From contig JBOZIK010000001.1 of the NCBI GenBank assembly GCA_051453625.1, forward strand, positions 44,123,536 through 44,160,011: a stretch of DNA of 36,476 bases. Reading direction: 5' to 3'. The position numbers and the translations under genes were made by a program. Shown here piece by piece: positions 11,073-23,490 of the stretch. Under the pieces are notes generated by a model, which saw only the letters and a list, made by a program, of their open reading frames with translations, was not told the origin of the DNA and searched no databases. Source of the DNA: Welwitschia mirabilis (Eukaryota). Positions within the stretch are counted from its first letter, which is position 1. Each line of letters opens with the position of its first letter.

Positions 11073-11886
11073 CTGAAATTAATATGATTGTATTTAGGCT
11101 AGCATAGGGCGATTCAACTAACGAATGTCATAAACTTGAGAGCGTAGGCTAACATACTAACCGAGCATTTGCATTAACAAGATAAATCATCATAATCCAT
11201 AATAGAACTCTTTTTCTTATCAGTTTGTAATTTGTTATGCAAGAAAGGAAAGAACAATGCAAACTAATCTAAGATGAAATGCAAAGTGCATAAGAAACAA
11301 TGAATGCAAGCCTATGATAACCAATTTATGAGTTGTTATCACCCAAATTCAGCCCTTATAACCTATATCAAATTAGAATTAATCTACCAAAAGCATAGAT
11401 GGAAGCTTATGTTATGAAATAAATGCAGAAAATATTAAGAAACTATGTTGACGAATGGAGAAAGTTATGATGTTAACCTAAATAAGCTTAAACCATTAAA
11501 TTTAAAAAAATTAAAAGTTGACTAAAGAACTAGTTGAGACACTAACACTTCAACCATTTAGTTCAAAATGCATCATCAAAATAAGCTCATGATGAAGTTA
11601 CTTGAACTAATCAGGTTGATAATTGACATATTTACTATATACATATATTACATTAGGGGGAATGAAGAAAATAGAAAAACATGATAGAGCTTTTGGATGA
11701 AACACTGAGCAATACTTATTTCTAAGTATTGCTAATTATCCTAACTCGTATTTAGCTATATAAACAAGAGTGAGCAAAAGAAAATATTACTTTTTCAAGT
11801 AATAAAACATGTTCATAATGATATTAAAAAATAGTAAATTTTCAGCTTTATATTAAAATATCAAAATGTTACACAAAATTGTATTG

Positions 11887-12368
11887 NNNNNNNNNNNNNN
11901 NNNNNNNNNNNNNNNNNNNNNNNNNNNNNNNNNNNNNNNNNNNNNNNNNNNNNNNNNNNNNNNNNNNNNNNNNNNNNNNNNNNNNNNNNNNNNNNNNNNN
12001 NNNNNNNNNNNNNNNNNNNNNNNNNNNNNNNNNNNNNNNNNNNNNNNNNNNNNNNNNNNNNNNNNNNNNNNNNNNNNNNNNNNNNNNNNNNNNNNNNNNN
12101 NNNNNNNNNNNNNNNNNNNNNNNNNNNNNNNNNNNNNNNNNNNNNNNNNNNNNNNNNNNNNNNNNNNNNNNNNNNNNNNNNNNNNNNNNNNNNNNNNNNN
12201 NNNNNNNNNNNNNNNNNNNNNNNNNNNNNNNNNNNNNNNNNNNNNNNNNNNNNNNNNNNNNNNNNNNNNNNNNNNNNNNNNNNNNNNNNNNNNNNNNNNN
12301 NNNNNNNNNNNNNNNNNNNNNNNNNNNNNNNNNNNNNNNNNNNNNNNNNNNNNNNNNNNNNNNNNNNN
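11887..12368. other. Assembly gap flanked by a 61-bp duplicated overlap
   Basis: 11826-11886 equals 12369-12429 except one T/C difference. Confidence 0.95.
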
Positions 12369-12666
12369 AAAAAATAGTAAATTTTCAGCTTTATATTAAA
12401 ACATCAAAATGTTACACAAAATTGTATTGATAAGTTTGTGTTTTCATTTGCAGGTGACACTAGAACATTTGAGATATTGATGTGCTCTTTTAAGGATGCC
12501 TAGATTTTCTTCTTGATCTCTTTGTGTAGTTCTATTTCTAGAGCCCTTTTTTCAAAAGATCCCTACTCCCCATAATGATATCCTCCTTATACACCTTTAG
12601 CTTGTTTCTGTTTCATTGTTTCCTTTCTTGCTCTTAAATAAAATAAAGTATAATATACTGTACATG

Positions 12667-12667
<1 letters not shown>

Positions 12668-12713
<46 letters not shown>
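12668..12713. repeat. (TA)23 microsatellite
   Basis: Direct count. Confidence 0.97.
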
Positions 12714-12714
<1 letters not shown>

Positions 12715-14256
12715 CCTGCTAACTAACTAGTTTATTAACTTGAATTCTAAAGAGGAATATCAAATACTATCTAAAATGCATAATTATAAGATCAAAAACA
12801 TTTCATTAATAAGAAAAGAGAAAAAGAGACTTATTATTTTTCTTTTCTCCTTTTGAAAACAAAAAAGATGCTCTTTACTAGATTTCGATTCTTCTAATTT
12901 CTTAGATAATTGGGCTATTTTTTTTTCCTATTCCAAAGTAGCCAAAATTTTCCTTTGTTCCTCTTGTAAAATAGTATCATTTAAATCTATAGTTTTTATA
13001 TCTGTTGGCTCTCTAGTTACTACCTTTTTGCCTTTGCCTCTTCCTCTTAAAGAAGACCTAAACTGCTTTGGCTCTCCTCTCTTTCTTTTAGGGGCTGAAA
13101 GAATTTTTGTTTTGGGACTTTGATGCACATGTTCTGGTTCTACAACTACCTTAACTTGTAGTTCTACTCTTGAAGTTTATCCTATCAGGACTATATACAT
13201 CTCTAATGAATCCCTGTTTTCTCATTTTGAAAAGGTATCTACAAAAATGCTTCTCAACATGGTCATATTGTTCACAATTCTATCTCTAAAGGAACATAGT
13301 TGCTGAAAATCTTAAGAGGACACAACAAACGTTTTTATATTTATTTCACATTATTCTATTATTCTACAAAATTTTATGGCTATACCATTTTAAAATTTTT
13401 TAAATTCTCTGTTAGAAACTTAACTTCTTTTTTGTACAATTTCGATCCTCAAGGATTTAATATCTTTTTTAACAATTATCAAAAATTCTGCTTAGCTTTG
13501 ATCACACCCAGAAGTCTTTTAAATGATACCTTCTAATTGCTCTTCAAATCTATCAATAAAATCATAGAGCTTCTGAGGATAGTAACCAAGGCTTTGCAAA
13601 ACTGCCAATTCTTCATGTCCAAAATCAATTCTCTTACTCAACTTAACCTCCATTAAGTGGAGTTCATGTAGTAATCTCATATTTTCTTTTTCTAAAATTT
13701 TAATACTAAGTTGGGTGGATTTTGGACATATTAGCTTAATATCCCTCTTCAACTTTGTATGATATTTCCTTAAAGCATCTGCAATACTTAGCTTTGTTTT
13801 ATTATCAATTTTATCAGTGAGAGTTGAAGAGGTTGAATGAATACTTTGTATTAAACTTACTGCTCTTCAGATCTCCTATTTTGTTTTTGAAGACATATGC
13901 TCAATGCTTGGATCTTAAAGAGGTTAACTAGAAGATCTTACTTCTTCCATCTGATTCTTGAGAGCCTTATTTTCTTCTATCATTTGATTTATGGCTCTTT
14001 TATTTTCTCCCAAAATGGAATAATAATAACTAAGAGAATTTAGGGCTTCAAGCCATTTATGTCTATATTCCTGGGCCTCTACATGAATCTTCATATACTT
14101 TTCATTCATACCCCTCAGATTTTCATAGAGCTTATCTAAGCATTCCCTACTTAAGGGTTGAGGCCCTTCATTATGCATAAATGTTATGGATTTTTGTTGA
14201 TTATTTGTGTGTTCAACATCATATTTCTTACTTGAAGCTAATTTTGTAATAACAAT

Positions 14257-14356
14257 NNNNNNNNNNNNNNNNNNNNNNNNNNNNNNNNNNNNNNNNNNNN
14301 NNNNNNNNNNNNNNNNNNNNNNNNNNNNNNNNNNNNNNNNNNNNNNNNNNNNNNNN
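14257..14356. other. Assembly gap (100 N) flanked by an identical 26-bp overlap
   Basis: cttgaagctaattttgtaataacaat at 14231-14256 and 14357-14382. Confidence 0.95.
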
Positions 14357-15750
14357 CTTGAAGCTAATTTTGTAATAACAATACTAACATGTTTAATCTT
14401 TCTCTTGGAAAATTTTCCAATTCACCCCTGTCTTCGGTAGTGGTTTTTAATTTAACAACATGTTCATAAGCTCTTTGTAATTTTCTACTTAGCTTCTTGT
14501 AGGCTTTAGAGAGCTAAATATTCTTCCCCTTTTTAATTATTTTTTGTTGTAATCTTTTAGTCTTTTCCTTTTCTTGATCTAATTTCTATTTCAAAAATTC
14601 ATTTTCAATTTTTAAATCACCTAATTAATTTTGCAATGTTGATACTTCATCTTTTTTTTGTTATGATAAGTTTGAATTTCATCTCTAATTGATTTTAAAG
14701 CACTACAAAGTCTGTCGATTTTATCCTCTTTGAGTGCTTTGGAGAATTGATCAGACTATAGTGGATACAAGGAAAGGAGTTCTTTAATAGAGAATTGTTT
14801 TGGATCTTGGCCCATACTTGGAGAAGGCAATAGCGAAGGAAAACTCTAAGGAGCAAAAGAGGGATTCTCCTAGGGCTAGTTGAGCAGTTCTTTATCCTAT
14901 GGTTTTTAGAAGACTTAACTCTTTAACTTCAAATAAACTCTGAATCATCAAATCTACACAAGACTTATTTAGTCAAAATGAAACTTTGTTTTTACTTAAT
15001 ATTTAGGGTATCATAGATGGAAATCCTAGCCCTACTATATCAAAATCTCCTATTTTAACTTTCCTTATTTTTGAAATATGTCTAACCAAACCCAAAAAGA
15101 TTCCTTTTGTAATATTTATGTTTGGCTGATTTGTCTTGTTTTCATGACCGCTATCATATATAAGCTAAGTTATGTAATACATTTTTGTTTATGCAGAATT
15201 GCTACCAAATTATTGACCACGATTCTTGAAATAATGAAGAGTTTAGGCTTTAAAACTTTATTCACTAGGATTCTGCTTTGCACTGCCACCCTTTCTAGAA
15301 GACCCATATTTAAATTTCTGTTTTCTTTTCTGCTTGTATCCTCAATGGATTTTCCTCTAAGTGGTAAGTCCAACATTTATCTGATATCTTCTTGAGTAAT
15401 TAATATTATTTTATTTTCAATAATTATTTCTAGTACATTTTGCTTATCATCAAATATCAATTCCTTATAAAATTCATAGATAGATTCTAAGGTGAGTCTA
15501 TCATTCATGGTTAGCCATGCATACCACCCCATCTTAACGATTCACTATTTAAAGTTTGTTAAGTAGGAGGCTGGAAAGCACATTTGCAAAATTTAATGAA
15601 GAAATAATTCTGCATTCTATCAAATTTATCACATTTGTTTGAACCAAATAAAGTTATTTATTAAAAAATGTTTTAAAAAAGAACTACTTAACCAATAATG
15701 TATAGGAAATAATTCATTAAGCAATTCTTTTCTAAAAAGAATATAAAACG

Positions 15751-15856
15751 TGTTTTCACATAGTTGTTTTCACAAATTTATTTTCACAAAGTTTAAAATG
15801 TGTTTTCACTAAAATATATTTTCTCAGAGTTGTTTTCACAAAATTGTTTTCATAAA
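15751..15856. repeat. Short degenerate tandem array, ~7 copies of (G/A)TTTTCACA
   Basis: tgttttcaca, tgttttcaca, attttcaca, tgttttcact, attttctca, tgttttcaca, tgttttcata spaced ~14-21 bp. Confidence 0.75.
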
Positions 15857-16289
15857 ATTGCAAATTTTTGTTTATTTCACCCTGTGTTAAGTTTTACATA
15901 CTCCTGAATGCTAAAAATAGTGATATTAGACAAACTTAAGATTTTTGTGTGAAGTTGTTCTATCATAATTTAAGAGCACGAGAAAGCATGACAAAGCATA
16001 AGAAGATAAATCACATAAGTAAAAATGAAATTACATACCTATTTCCTACTTAAAATAGGTAAAAACCTGTACTTCTTATTGCATTTAATTCCCACGTTCG
16101 AAAAGACTAAAACTTTTCATTAGAAAAGAATTGGAAATAGAATTACTCCATGTAGATTTTAATGTGCAAAATTGAATGACATGGTGGAAACGAGAACAAT
16201 AAAGAAATTAGCTAATGTAAAATAGACATCGTGAAGGCTAATGTGGGCTATGTAATATGGAAGAGAGGTATTTATTGATTTTTGATAGA

Positions 16290-16520
16290 GATCGTTGAGA
16301 ATGAGGAGAGATTGTCGAGTTTAACTTTAAGTGAGAGGTTTGAGAAATAGAGTATCATAATTAAGTGGTTGTTACTCTCTGTAGCAAAACGATTTGACAA
16401 GATTGTTAAGAACTCTCAGGTTTTCAACAGGGATTGTCGAATCTTTTATGGAGTCGGTAAATGGTTAGAAAGGGATCATTAAGAACTTGAGAGTTCTTAA
16501 TAGGGTCCTTCAAATCCTAT
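16290..16520. repeat. Degenerate GATCGTCGAG-type repeats with hairpins
   Basis: gatcgttgag 16290, gattgtcgag 16310, gattgttaag 16401, gattgtcgaa 16432, gatcattaag 16474; perfect 10-bp stem attaagaact-tgag-agttcttaat at 16478-16501. Confidence 0.6.
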
Positions 16521-16641
16521 CCACTTAAATATAATTGTATAAAATAGAACAAAGAAGTAAGGTCATGTGAAAGAATTTATAGTGAAAAGTTAATGGAGGC
16601 CTTCAAGAGAAAGACCCCACTCTTCAGTAATAGATTTTTGT

Positions 16642-16953
16642 AAGTTGACTTGAAATCTGAATCAAAGATTTGACTTTAAACTAGTGTTAGTCAACTCTTT
16701 GAGCTTACTCTCATGGTTTGGCTTGAAATATGCCTTAAAATTTTAACTTTGAGTTGGTGTTAGTCAATCTTCTAGACTTACATTATAATGGTTTGGTCTG
16801 CAAACTAACTCAAAGTTTTAGCTTTGAGTTAGTATCAGTCAATCAAGTGATGTTGTTCTATGTAGGCTTTGAGTACTACATAAAAAATTGTATGTTTATT
16901 AAGTTGGCCTGAGATCTTACTTAAAGTTTTGAGTTTAACTTAGTATCAGTCAA
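16642..16953. repeat. Degenerate tandem repeat, 4 units (spacing 73, 75, 111 bp)
   Basis: Shared core ...aaa(g)tttt(a/g)..ttt..(g/c)tt(a/g)gt(g/a)t(t/c)agtcaa ending at 16694, 16767, 16842, 16953. Confidence 0.8.
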
Positions 16954-17219
16954 CTAGATAAACTTATTTCAGAAGTTTAATTTATGATAGTATTCTATTA
17001 TAGGAATAACATAGGTAATAGTCAATTTCTTATTCTCTTCTGAAAATACATTTTTTCTCTCTATATTACTAATGATTGTTTTCATAATATTATTTAAAGT
17101 TTTTATTAATTTAAAAATAAATTAAAGGATTTTACTAAGCACTTGGCAGTTGATGATAACAACAAAATCTAGTGGATCCCTATAAATGCTTGCAACTTAG
17201 GGAAAAACTAAGCTGAACA

Positions 17220-18050
17220 TAAATTGAGTTTGAGTTCCTAGTTTAGATTGAACCTTGGTCAGCTTGGGATTCCCTGACTTTTGTCTTGTCACAAAGATCA
17301 TTGTTGACATTTAGAACATCTTGGATGTTGGATAGAACAAGTATGTAATTCCTTTAGAATCTTTTACTTCATTACTGAAGATGTGTATATAGAGTATCTT
17401 AAGATGAATCACACTTGTCAACCACATTAAATAAGAATTATGCTATAAATTTCATTTCTTCAAGTTAATCACTTCCATTCTCCATATTGATTCTTAGAGT
17501 TCCTTTATTGGTTTCTATTCAATCTTTATCATACTTATGTATTCAATCCTCATGGTATCTACTCCTTGTCACTCTTCCATTTCTACCTTAAGTGTTAAAA
17601 GGTAGAACATTAATTTTTAACATAGGTTTTATGTAGATTAATATGTGCATTAGAAGTGTATAATCCCAAGCACCTTAGATTTCTATTAGGTCTGAGAATG
17701 AGGTGTAGTACTTACTGTATTATGGTTATAAATCAATTGCTAAGGTCTTAGATACCTTGAATACCTTCATTACTAAATATGGTAGAGGACATTTTAAGAA
17801 TGAAATCATTGCTCTAAGTTTTGGTCTTATGATTCATCACTTCATGGATGAGTATTTGAGGGTTAGGACAGAAGAACTATATCAATAACTTAATCAAGGA
17901 GACTTAGCTTATGATATTTCCTTAGGCTAATTAGCTGGATGAATGTAGGTGTTAGAAAATAGAGTTGATTAGCTTCAAGACACAAATCCTGTACTTAGTC
18001 TAGCTACACTAAGTTTTGATAGGGAGAATATAGAGAAGATGATATAAAAT
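17220..18050 (+). pseudogene. Decayed ORF of unknown family, preceded by TATAAAT (17181); probable retroelement accessory ORF
   Basis: Long runs in few frames broken mainly by TAA/TAG (Gln-codon deamination-type stops): ...FLEFLYWFLFNLYHTYVFNPHG...IAKVLDTLNTFITKYGRGHFKNEIIALSFGLMIHHFMDEYLRVRTEELYQ...LENRVD*LQD. Confidence 0.45.
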
Positions 18051-18280
18051 GAGAAGCCTTACAAGATCTTTTTAACGAGCTCACTTGGAAGAAATTAATA
18101 TGCTCTCAAAATCCCTAAGTGAAATACACCTATTGCTCTCAAATGAGAGTAGTTTGCACAAGGCTTCAATTATGTTTCTAAGAAATGATGTAATAATTAC
18201 TTTATCTAATAAAGTTTCTATTTTCTATTTTATTTAAATAAATTTATTTTATAACTATCTTTATTTTCCTATGGACATAT

Positions 18281-18380
18281 NNNNNNNNNNNNNNNNNNNN
18301 NNNNNNNNNNNNNNNNNNNNNNNNNNNNNNNNNNNNNNNNNNNNNNNNNNNNNNNNNNNNNNNNNNNNNNNNNNNNNNNN
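18281..18380. other. Assembly gap (100 N)
   Basis: N run. Confidence 0.99.
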
Positions 18381-18760
18381 TATCAAACCTAGATTGTTTC
18401 CTCTGTCATTCAACCAATGAAACCACAAATTACCTCTTCTTTTCTTGCCTATTCTTCAAAGAAGTGTATTCTATCATTTCTCATTTCCTCTTGTTCAAAC
18501 CTCCTTACTCGTGGACAGAAGTGAAATGTTGGCTAGAACATGAGTTAAAGGCCAGAAATATCAAGAATCGTTTGATAAGGGCAACCTTCATATCCACAGT
18601 CTATAGCATTTGGAAGTAGAGAAATAACATAACATTCAGAAATACCCAACCCAGTGTGTATTCCTACTTCTAACAGATTAAATTCAGTCTCTAGATAACT
18701 CTTGTAGGGATCACATTTATTAAAAATACCCCCTCAATAGGCTCTAGTGTAGGAATACAT
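18381..18760 (+). mobile_element. L1-clade LINE ORF2 C-terminal fragment (zf-RVT cysteine-rich region)
   Basis: DCFLCHSTNETTNYLFFSCLFFKEVY (decayed CxxC-x8-H-x4-C) and RATFISTVYSIWK*RNNITFRN (cf. VYxIWxERNxRxF); possible A-rich tail at ~19214-19239. Confidence 0.8.
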
Positions 18761-20285
18761 GCATTTTTCCTTAGTTTAAATAGTCTTCTTAGTCTTTAGT
18801 ATCCTCTATTTTCTTTTCTTAATCCTTGTTCTAAGACAACGATCTCAAGTGAAAATTCAGTTAACTTCTATGTCTTCTCCAGGAACCAATTAGATGAAGC
18901 AAGTATAGATAATAATCTTGTAAGCAGAGGATGCTAAGTTATTGATTTATAAGGTGCACTGAGAGGAAGTGTCATTTTTTCCCTATTGAGCCTCCATTAG
19001 TATCCCATAATTTAATCAAGATGCGAAGAGGAAAGAAATTTCAACTATAGATCCTGCTATATGCCTTGTAAGAGATGAGTGGCCATAATCTTTGTAAGGT
19101 GAATGGTAAGGATAAGGAAGGCTTCTTCAGACCTTCTCCAATTGAGCCTCTGATTATTGTTAAGAGTCTGTGCCTTAAAACTTAATGATAATAGAATTCC
19201 TTACTTCTTTCCCAAAATAAAAAAAGAAAAAAGAAAAAGTCTAAATGCTATGTAACCTTATCATGAATACACCAAGTTAGACATCTCAACCTCTGCATTA
19301 GTGAAATAGATTATCAAATACAAATAAGATGCATTCCATGTAGTAGATCTAAGATAAAATATAACATAAATGTAATGATAAGGATGTGTCCATATATGAC
19401 TTAATTATACTCATGAAGATATCCATACTTATGTGTTCATATATAATTTAATCATTCCTTGTAAAAAGTGTTATTCATATATGCTCTAATTTTCTAAAGC
19501 TACTGCAACTAGTACATCTTCATGTTGATTACTTAGTTTTCATGAGTAATTCTCAGAAGAGTAAATTCTCATTTTCATAATATATCTTAATGATATAAAG
19601 ATCTTTAAACTATATAATATGTATCTTTCTCATAAAAATGGAGTTCTTCTATAAAGTATCTTATACCCATAGTGAAAATGTATCATAGAGGTCTTTATCA
19701 TAAAAACTTCCTATCCTTTTTTTACGGAGATATATTTGACATGAAGTTCTCATCTCATATGATGCATACCTTAACATGAAAGTGGAGGTCTCCATCTTGG
19801 AAAATATGTGCCTTCCATGTACTATAAATATTCAACATATAATGTGTATCTACTCTATGAATGTCATCAACAATTGGTGTCTTCTTCATATGAGGGTGTA
19901 TTCTTTCTCTCTTTCTCTCTATTCTCCTTTCTTTTTTTAATTTTCTTCCTTCATTTATTTCTTCTTTTCTTTTCTTTTTTCTTTTCTTTTTGTAAGTTGT
20001 GATATATAGTTGTAGCTTTGGTAACTAGCTGTGTCTCAAATAACTCCTTGGACATAACTATTCCTCAACTTTTATTTGTCACAACTTAAACTTCTAACCA
20101 GAACGATGAGATTGTAATCACTATTAGAGAAGTAAGGACCTATAAGATATTTTTTTAAAAAAAATCTAGATCATCACCAACTGACCCTCAGTGTAGTTCT
20201 CATAGCTACTATATTGCACTGTCAAAGACTCCTTTTGGGAATATTTTCTCCAATGCACTTGTAGTTGAACATTGTGGTTCTTCTC

Positions 20286-20380
20286 TTTTTTTTTCTTTTT
20301 TTTTTTTTGTGTGTGTGTGTGTGTATAAATATATATAGTTACCAGAATATATTAATATATATAGTTACTAGAATATATTC
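20286..20380. repeat. Poly(T) + (TG)8 microsatellite followed by a short tandem duplication
   Basis: T-run, (TG)8 at 20308-20323, atatatagttac(c/t)agaatatatt twice. Confidence 0.85.
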
Positions 20381-22800
20381 TATCATGTGATAAAACTTGT
20401 CTATTAAATCTTCTTAATAAGGATAATGCACTATCTCCTATTAAAGACTTATCAACTTAGCTTCTTATTTTAGAATCATTAGATTTACCTTGAACAAATT
20501 AATAGATTACTAGTCTGAATAAATTTTAAATAAATGATATATCCTTTATTATCTAGTTTAAAAATTTTTATTTTATAAGTAAAGTGGAAGTATTCTTTTC
20601 ACCCTATAAGAATTTCCTAAATAATGAAGTAAAGATTATGATCACAATACATTTTTATTCTCTCTCCATTTACTTAGTAGGTTACTTTTCATTAGGACCA
20701 TATCTGTATATCTCCATTTCCCAAAAGTTTTGTTATGGTATAAGGCCATTATTGTGATTATTTTTTTTGCAACATTATGTTGATTATGATTTTCCTATAT
20801 GATGCCTAACCAAAACTAAATAGTATGAGAAATTTTTTTTTGAAGTTTATGAATCTAAATTTTCTAAAATTTATCCACTTAATACAAAACAAAAATATAG
20901 TAAAATTGCTATAAACTAATAGCTTTTATAATAAATGAAATGAATTTAAAAAAGGCCTATTACAAAATTTTTTATATATATATAATATTTTAAATGCTAT
21001 GATTAATTCTCTAAATATTTTCTCATTTTTGGCACATGTGACACATAGGAAAATGTGAGCATTTAAAGACTTAAAAGTTAAAGATTTCAGATATTTAGAT
21101 GACTATATGATAGTTGTTATGAAATTCAAAAAATATTGCTAGAGATGGTATTTTTAGAAAGAAAATTACACAATTTTTTTGAAAACAATTAAAATATAGA
21201 GGTACATTTATAGTATAAAAATAAAAAAGAAAAAAATTATAGACATAGAGAGTTTGAAACTTCAACTAATTGGAGATGATAAAATGAATAAGGGAAAGAT
21301 GGATTTTAAATCAATGATCACGATTATCTCTAACTACCAAAAGATAAGGTGAAAACCTAAATGTAGAATGCCGATGATGCACTTGTTCTTTGTAATTTTA
21401 CCTTCCTCTGATTAAATCTCTGATGTCACTATGCCTTCTTGTGAACTCCTCTTTCTGCTATGATTTATTATGATAGGCCTTTTCATTGATATCCTCCACC
21501 GTCACTGTTCTTTTCTGATATGCTTTTCTTCTCCATGTGCTGAATGCCGTTTTCTTTATGTTGTAGCCAAGTTATCATGGAAATGCTTTTCTATGCTATG
21601 TTTTTGTTGGCCTATAATCAAATCATAGCTATGCTATCCTCCCTCTGTGCCTTAGTGTCTCTTTTTGCTCTGTCTTTGCTAGGTGTCTCTCCTCAATCTA
21701 TCTTTGCCTTATGGCGCTGTTCATCTGTGGTTCTGCTTTTCGTCTCTTCTAGTTGCGACCTCATGTTCTTATTTTTGATGCTGTTATCTTTTTATTTTTC
21801 TATAGACATCTCTTGCCTTAGTCTTGCAGTCTCTTTATTTGTCTTTTTTTGAATTACCTCCATTGCATTGCTGTGTTTTTAACAAAAATTCCCTTCTTGT
21901 TGTGCTTCCTTCTCTGTTGATTCTTGATCTTCTTCTTTTTTTCTATTTTTCTTTGATCTCACTCTATTAAGATCTTTGCTATGAGAACGTCATCTGTGGG
22001 TAGAACCACATGTAGCAGCATCTCATACTTTAACATCTTAGACAATCTTTTATTTGATGGTGTCTTTCATGCCTTCTTCTTATGTAATGAATTCTACTTT
22101 ATTAATACCGTTGAGGAGCTTGAGTCAACATGTGATGTTTTTGTTGCTTTATCTTAATAGTCAAAGTATGACAAACCTATAACTATGGACAGGGAAGAAA
22201 CCCCCATGGAGACATAGAGTTCAAACCATTCTTCCAATAAGGCACTCGATGCATAAGATATTAAACATTATTTTAGGAGTTGTCATTTGTCAAGTCCAAC
22301 ATTGAAGGATGGTTTTAATAATTACAAGGATTTAAGGAAGAGGAGAAGTATAAAATTAAAGGATCATCCTACATATGTATCTCGTAAGAAAGCATGTTTA
22401 AAGGAAAAACATGGTCAAATCAAGAGCATGTCATATGAAGATGCTAATGGGGATTCAATGATTGATATGCAAAACAATGAAGATAAGAAAAGATTCAAAA
22501 GGCTAAAGAAAGCAAATGATGGTAGCCAGGTTATTAAAAGATCAGAAATTGTGAAGGAAATAACTATAGATCAAGGTTTCTTGAGGCAAAGTCATCCTAA
22601 GATGAACAAATTCATTGATGAATTCAGAGGGAGAAAAAAGACATCTAATGTTGATTCTTAAAATGACAAGAAGAATGATTTAGAAAAAAATCTTTTAGCA
22701 TGTATGGATGTTTTCATAGGTGATGATCATTCTAGAATTGGTAGTTCCTTGATTGTTGATCAACTCAAGAAAGATAAAATATTACTAGAAAAAAGGCAAA

Positions 22801-22902
22801 NNNNNNNNNNNNNNNNNNNNNNNNNNNNNNNNNNNNNNNNNNNNNNNNNNNNNNNNNNNNNNNNNNNNNNNNNNNNNNNNNNNNNNNNNNNNNNNNNNNN
22901 NN
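22801..22902. other. Assembly gap
   Basis: N run. Confidence 0.99.
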
Positions 22903-23490
22903 AGGAGGTGTTGAAATAAAAATTACCATGAGAAGATTATCATGAGTCGAGAAGAAACGTATAATTAAGCAAAAAGATAAAGAACAAAATACATTATATT
23001 AATTATCAACATTAAATCAAATTTTAGAGGAAGTTTGTCAATCTATTGTCTTAACTTAAATAGAAGAAATTGATAAAAAATCAAATGTAGAGTAGGAAAA
23101 AGTGAATACTAAAACTCATCAATGTCACACCTACTTATCAAATGTATTTTTAAAGAGTGACAAGACATCAAAAGTGAAGAAACCAAAAGAGAGTGTCATT
23201 CTTCCTTATCAAGTTAGTCCTTTGAGACTAATGGTAAATCAGGAGCAAAGCATAAAAGGTATCCCTATCTCTCATATTTATCATTTAACTTTCTGAGGGG
23301 CCTAAAGAGATCATCTTCAGGAAGGCCTGTATGGAGAGCAACAGAAGCTGTGAATTTCTACAAAAAAAATACTAGTAAATATAAAAATGAGAAGAGATCA
23401 TTAATCCAACCAATTTTAGCATAGTTCTTAATGCAAAGACTATTGTTTAATAGACAGAGCCACTAGATAGCATCTATTGCACTGCCAACT

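Larger units (their letters stand above)
12490..15650 (-). mobile_element. Decayed LTR-retrotransposon accessory ORF: Athila-ORF1/Transposase_32-like domain followed by Pro-rich linker and long coiled coils
   Basis: MGWYAWL (MGW 15532-15524)...IYEFYKEL (EFY 15475-15467)...KIILITQEDIR*MLDLPLRG...ITxLSLYMI...INITKGIF...LGFPSMIP (15029-15009 for LGFPSMI). Downstream same-strand K/E-rich ORF pieces at 13924-14178, 13519-13752 and 12928-13128. Confidence 0.7.

Noticed and set aside
11866-12430. Long ORFs containing X runs (also 14207, 22704, 30942, 30961)
   Set aside because: Artefacts of translating through N gaps
16642-16953. Repeat-spacer pattern resembling a CRISPR array
   Set aside because: Eukaryotic TE context, degenerate repeats, related inter-repeat sequence, no cas genes
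19808-21852. Hydrophobic F/L/S-rich ORFs (19808-20002, 21544-21852) resembling membrane proteins
   Set aside because: Products of CT-rich low-complexity DNA
21000-23450. Possible DNA-transposon end and K/D/S-rich decayed ORF (22287-22800)
   Set aside because: Probably TE-derived, but no TIR pair, TSD or catalytic motif could be identified
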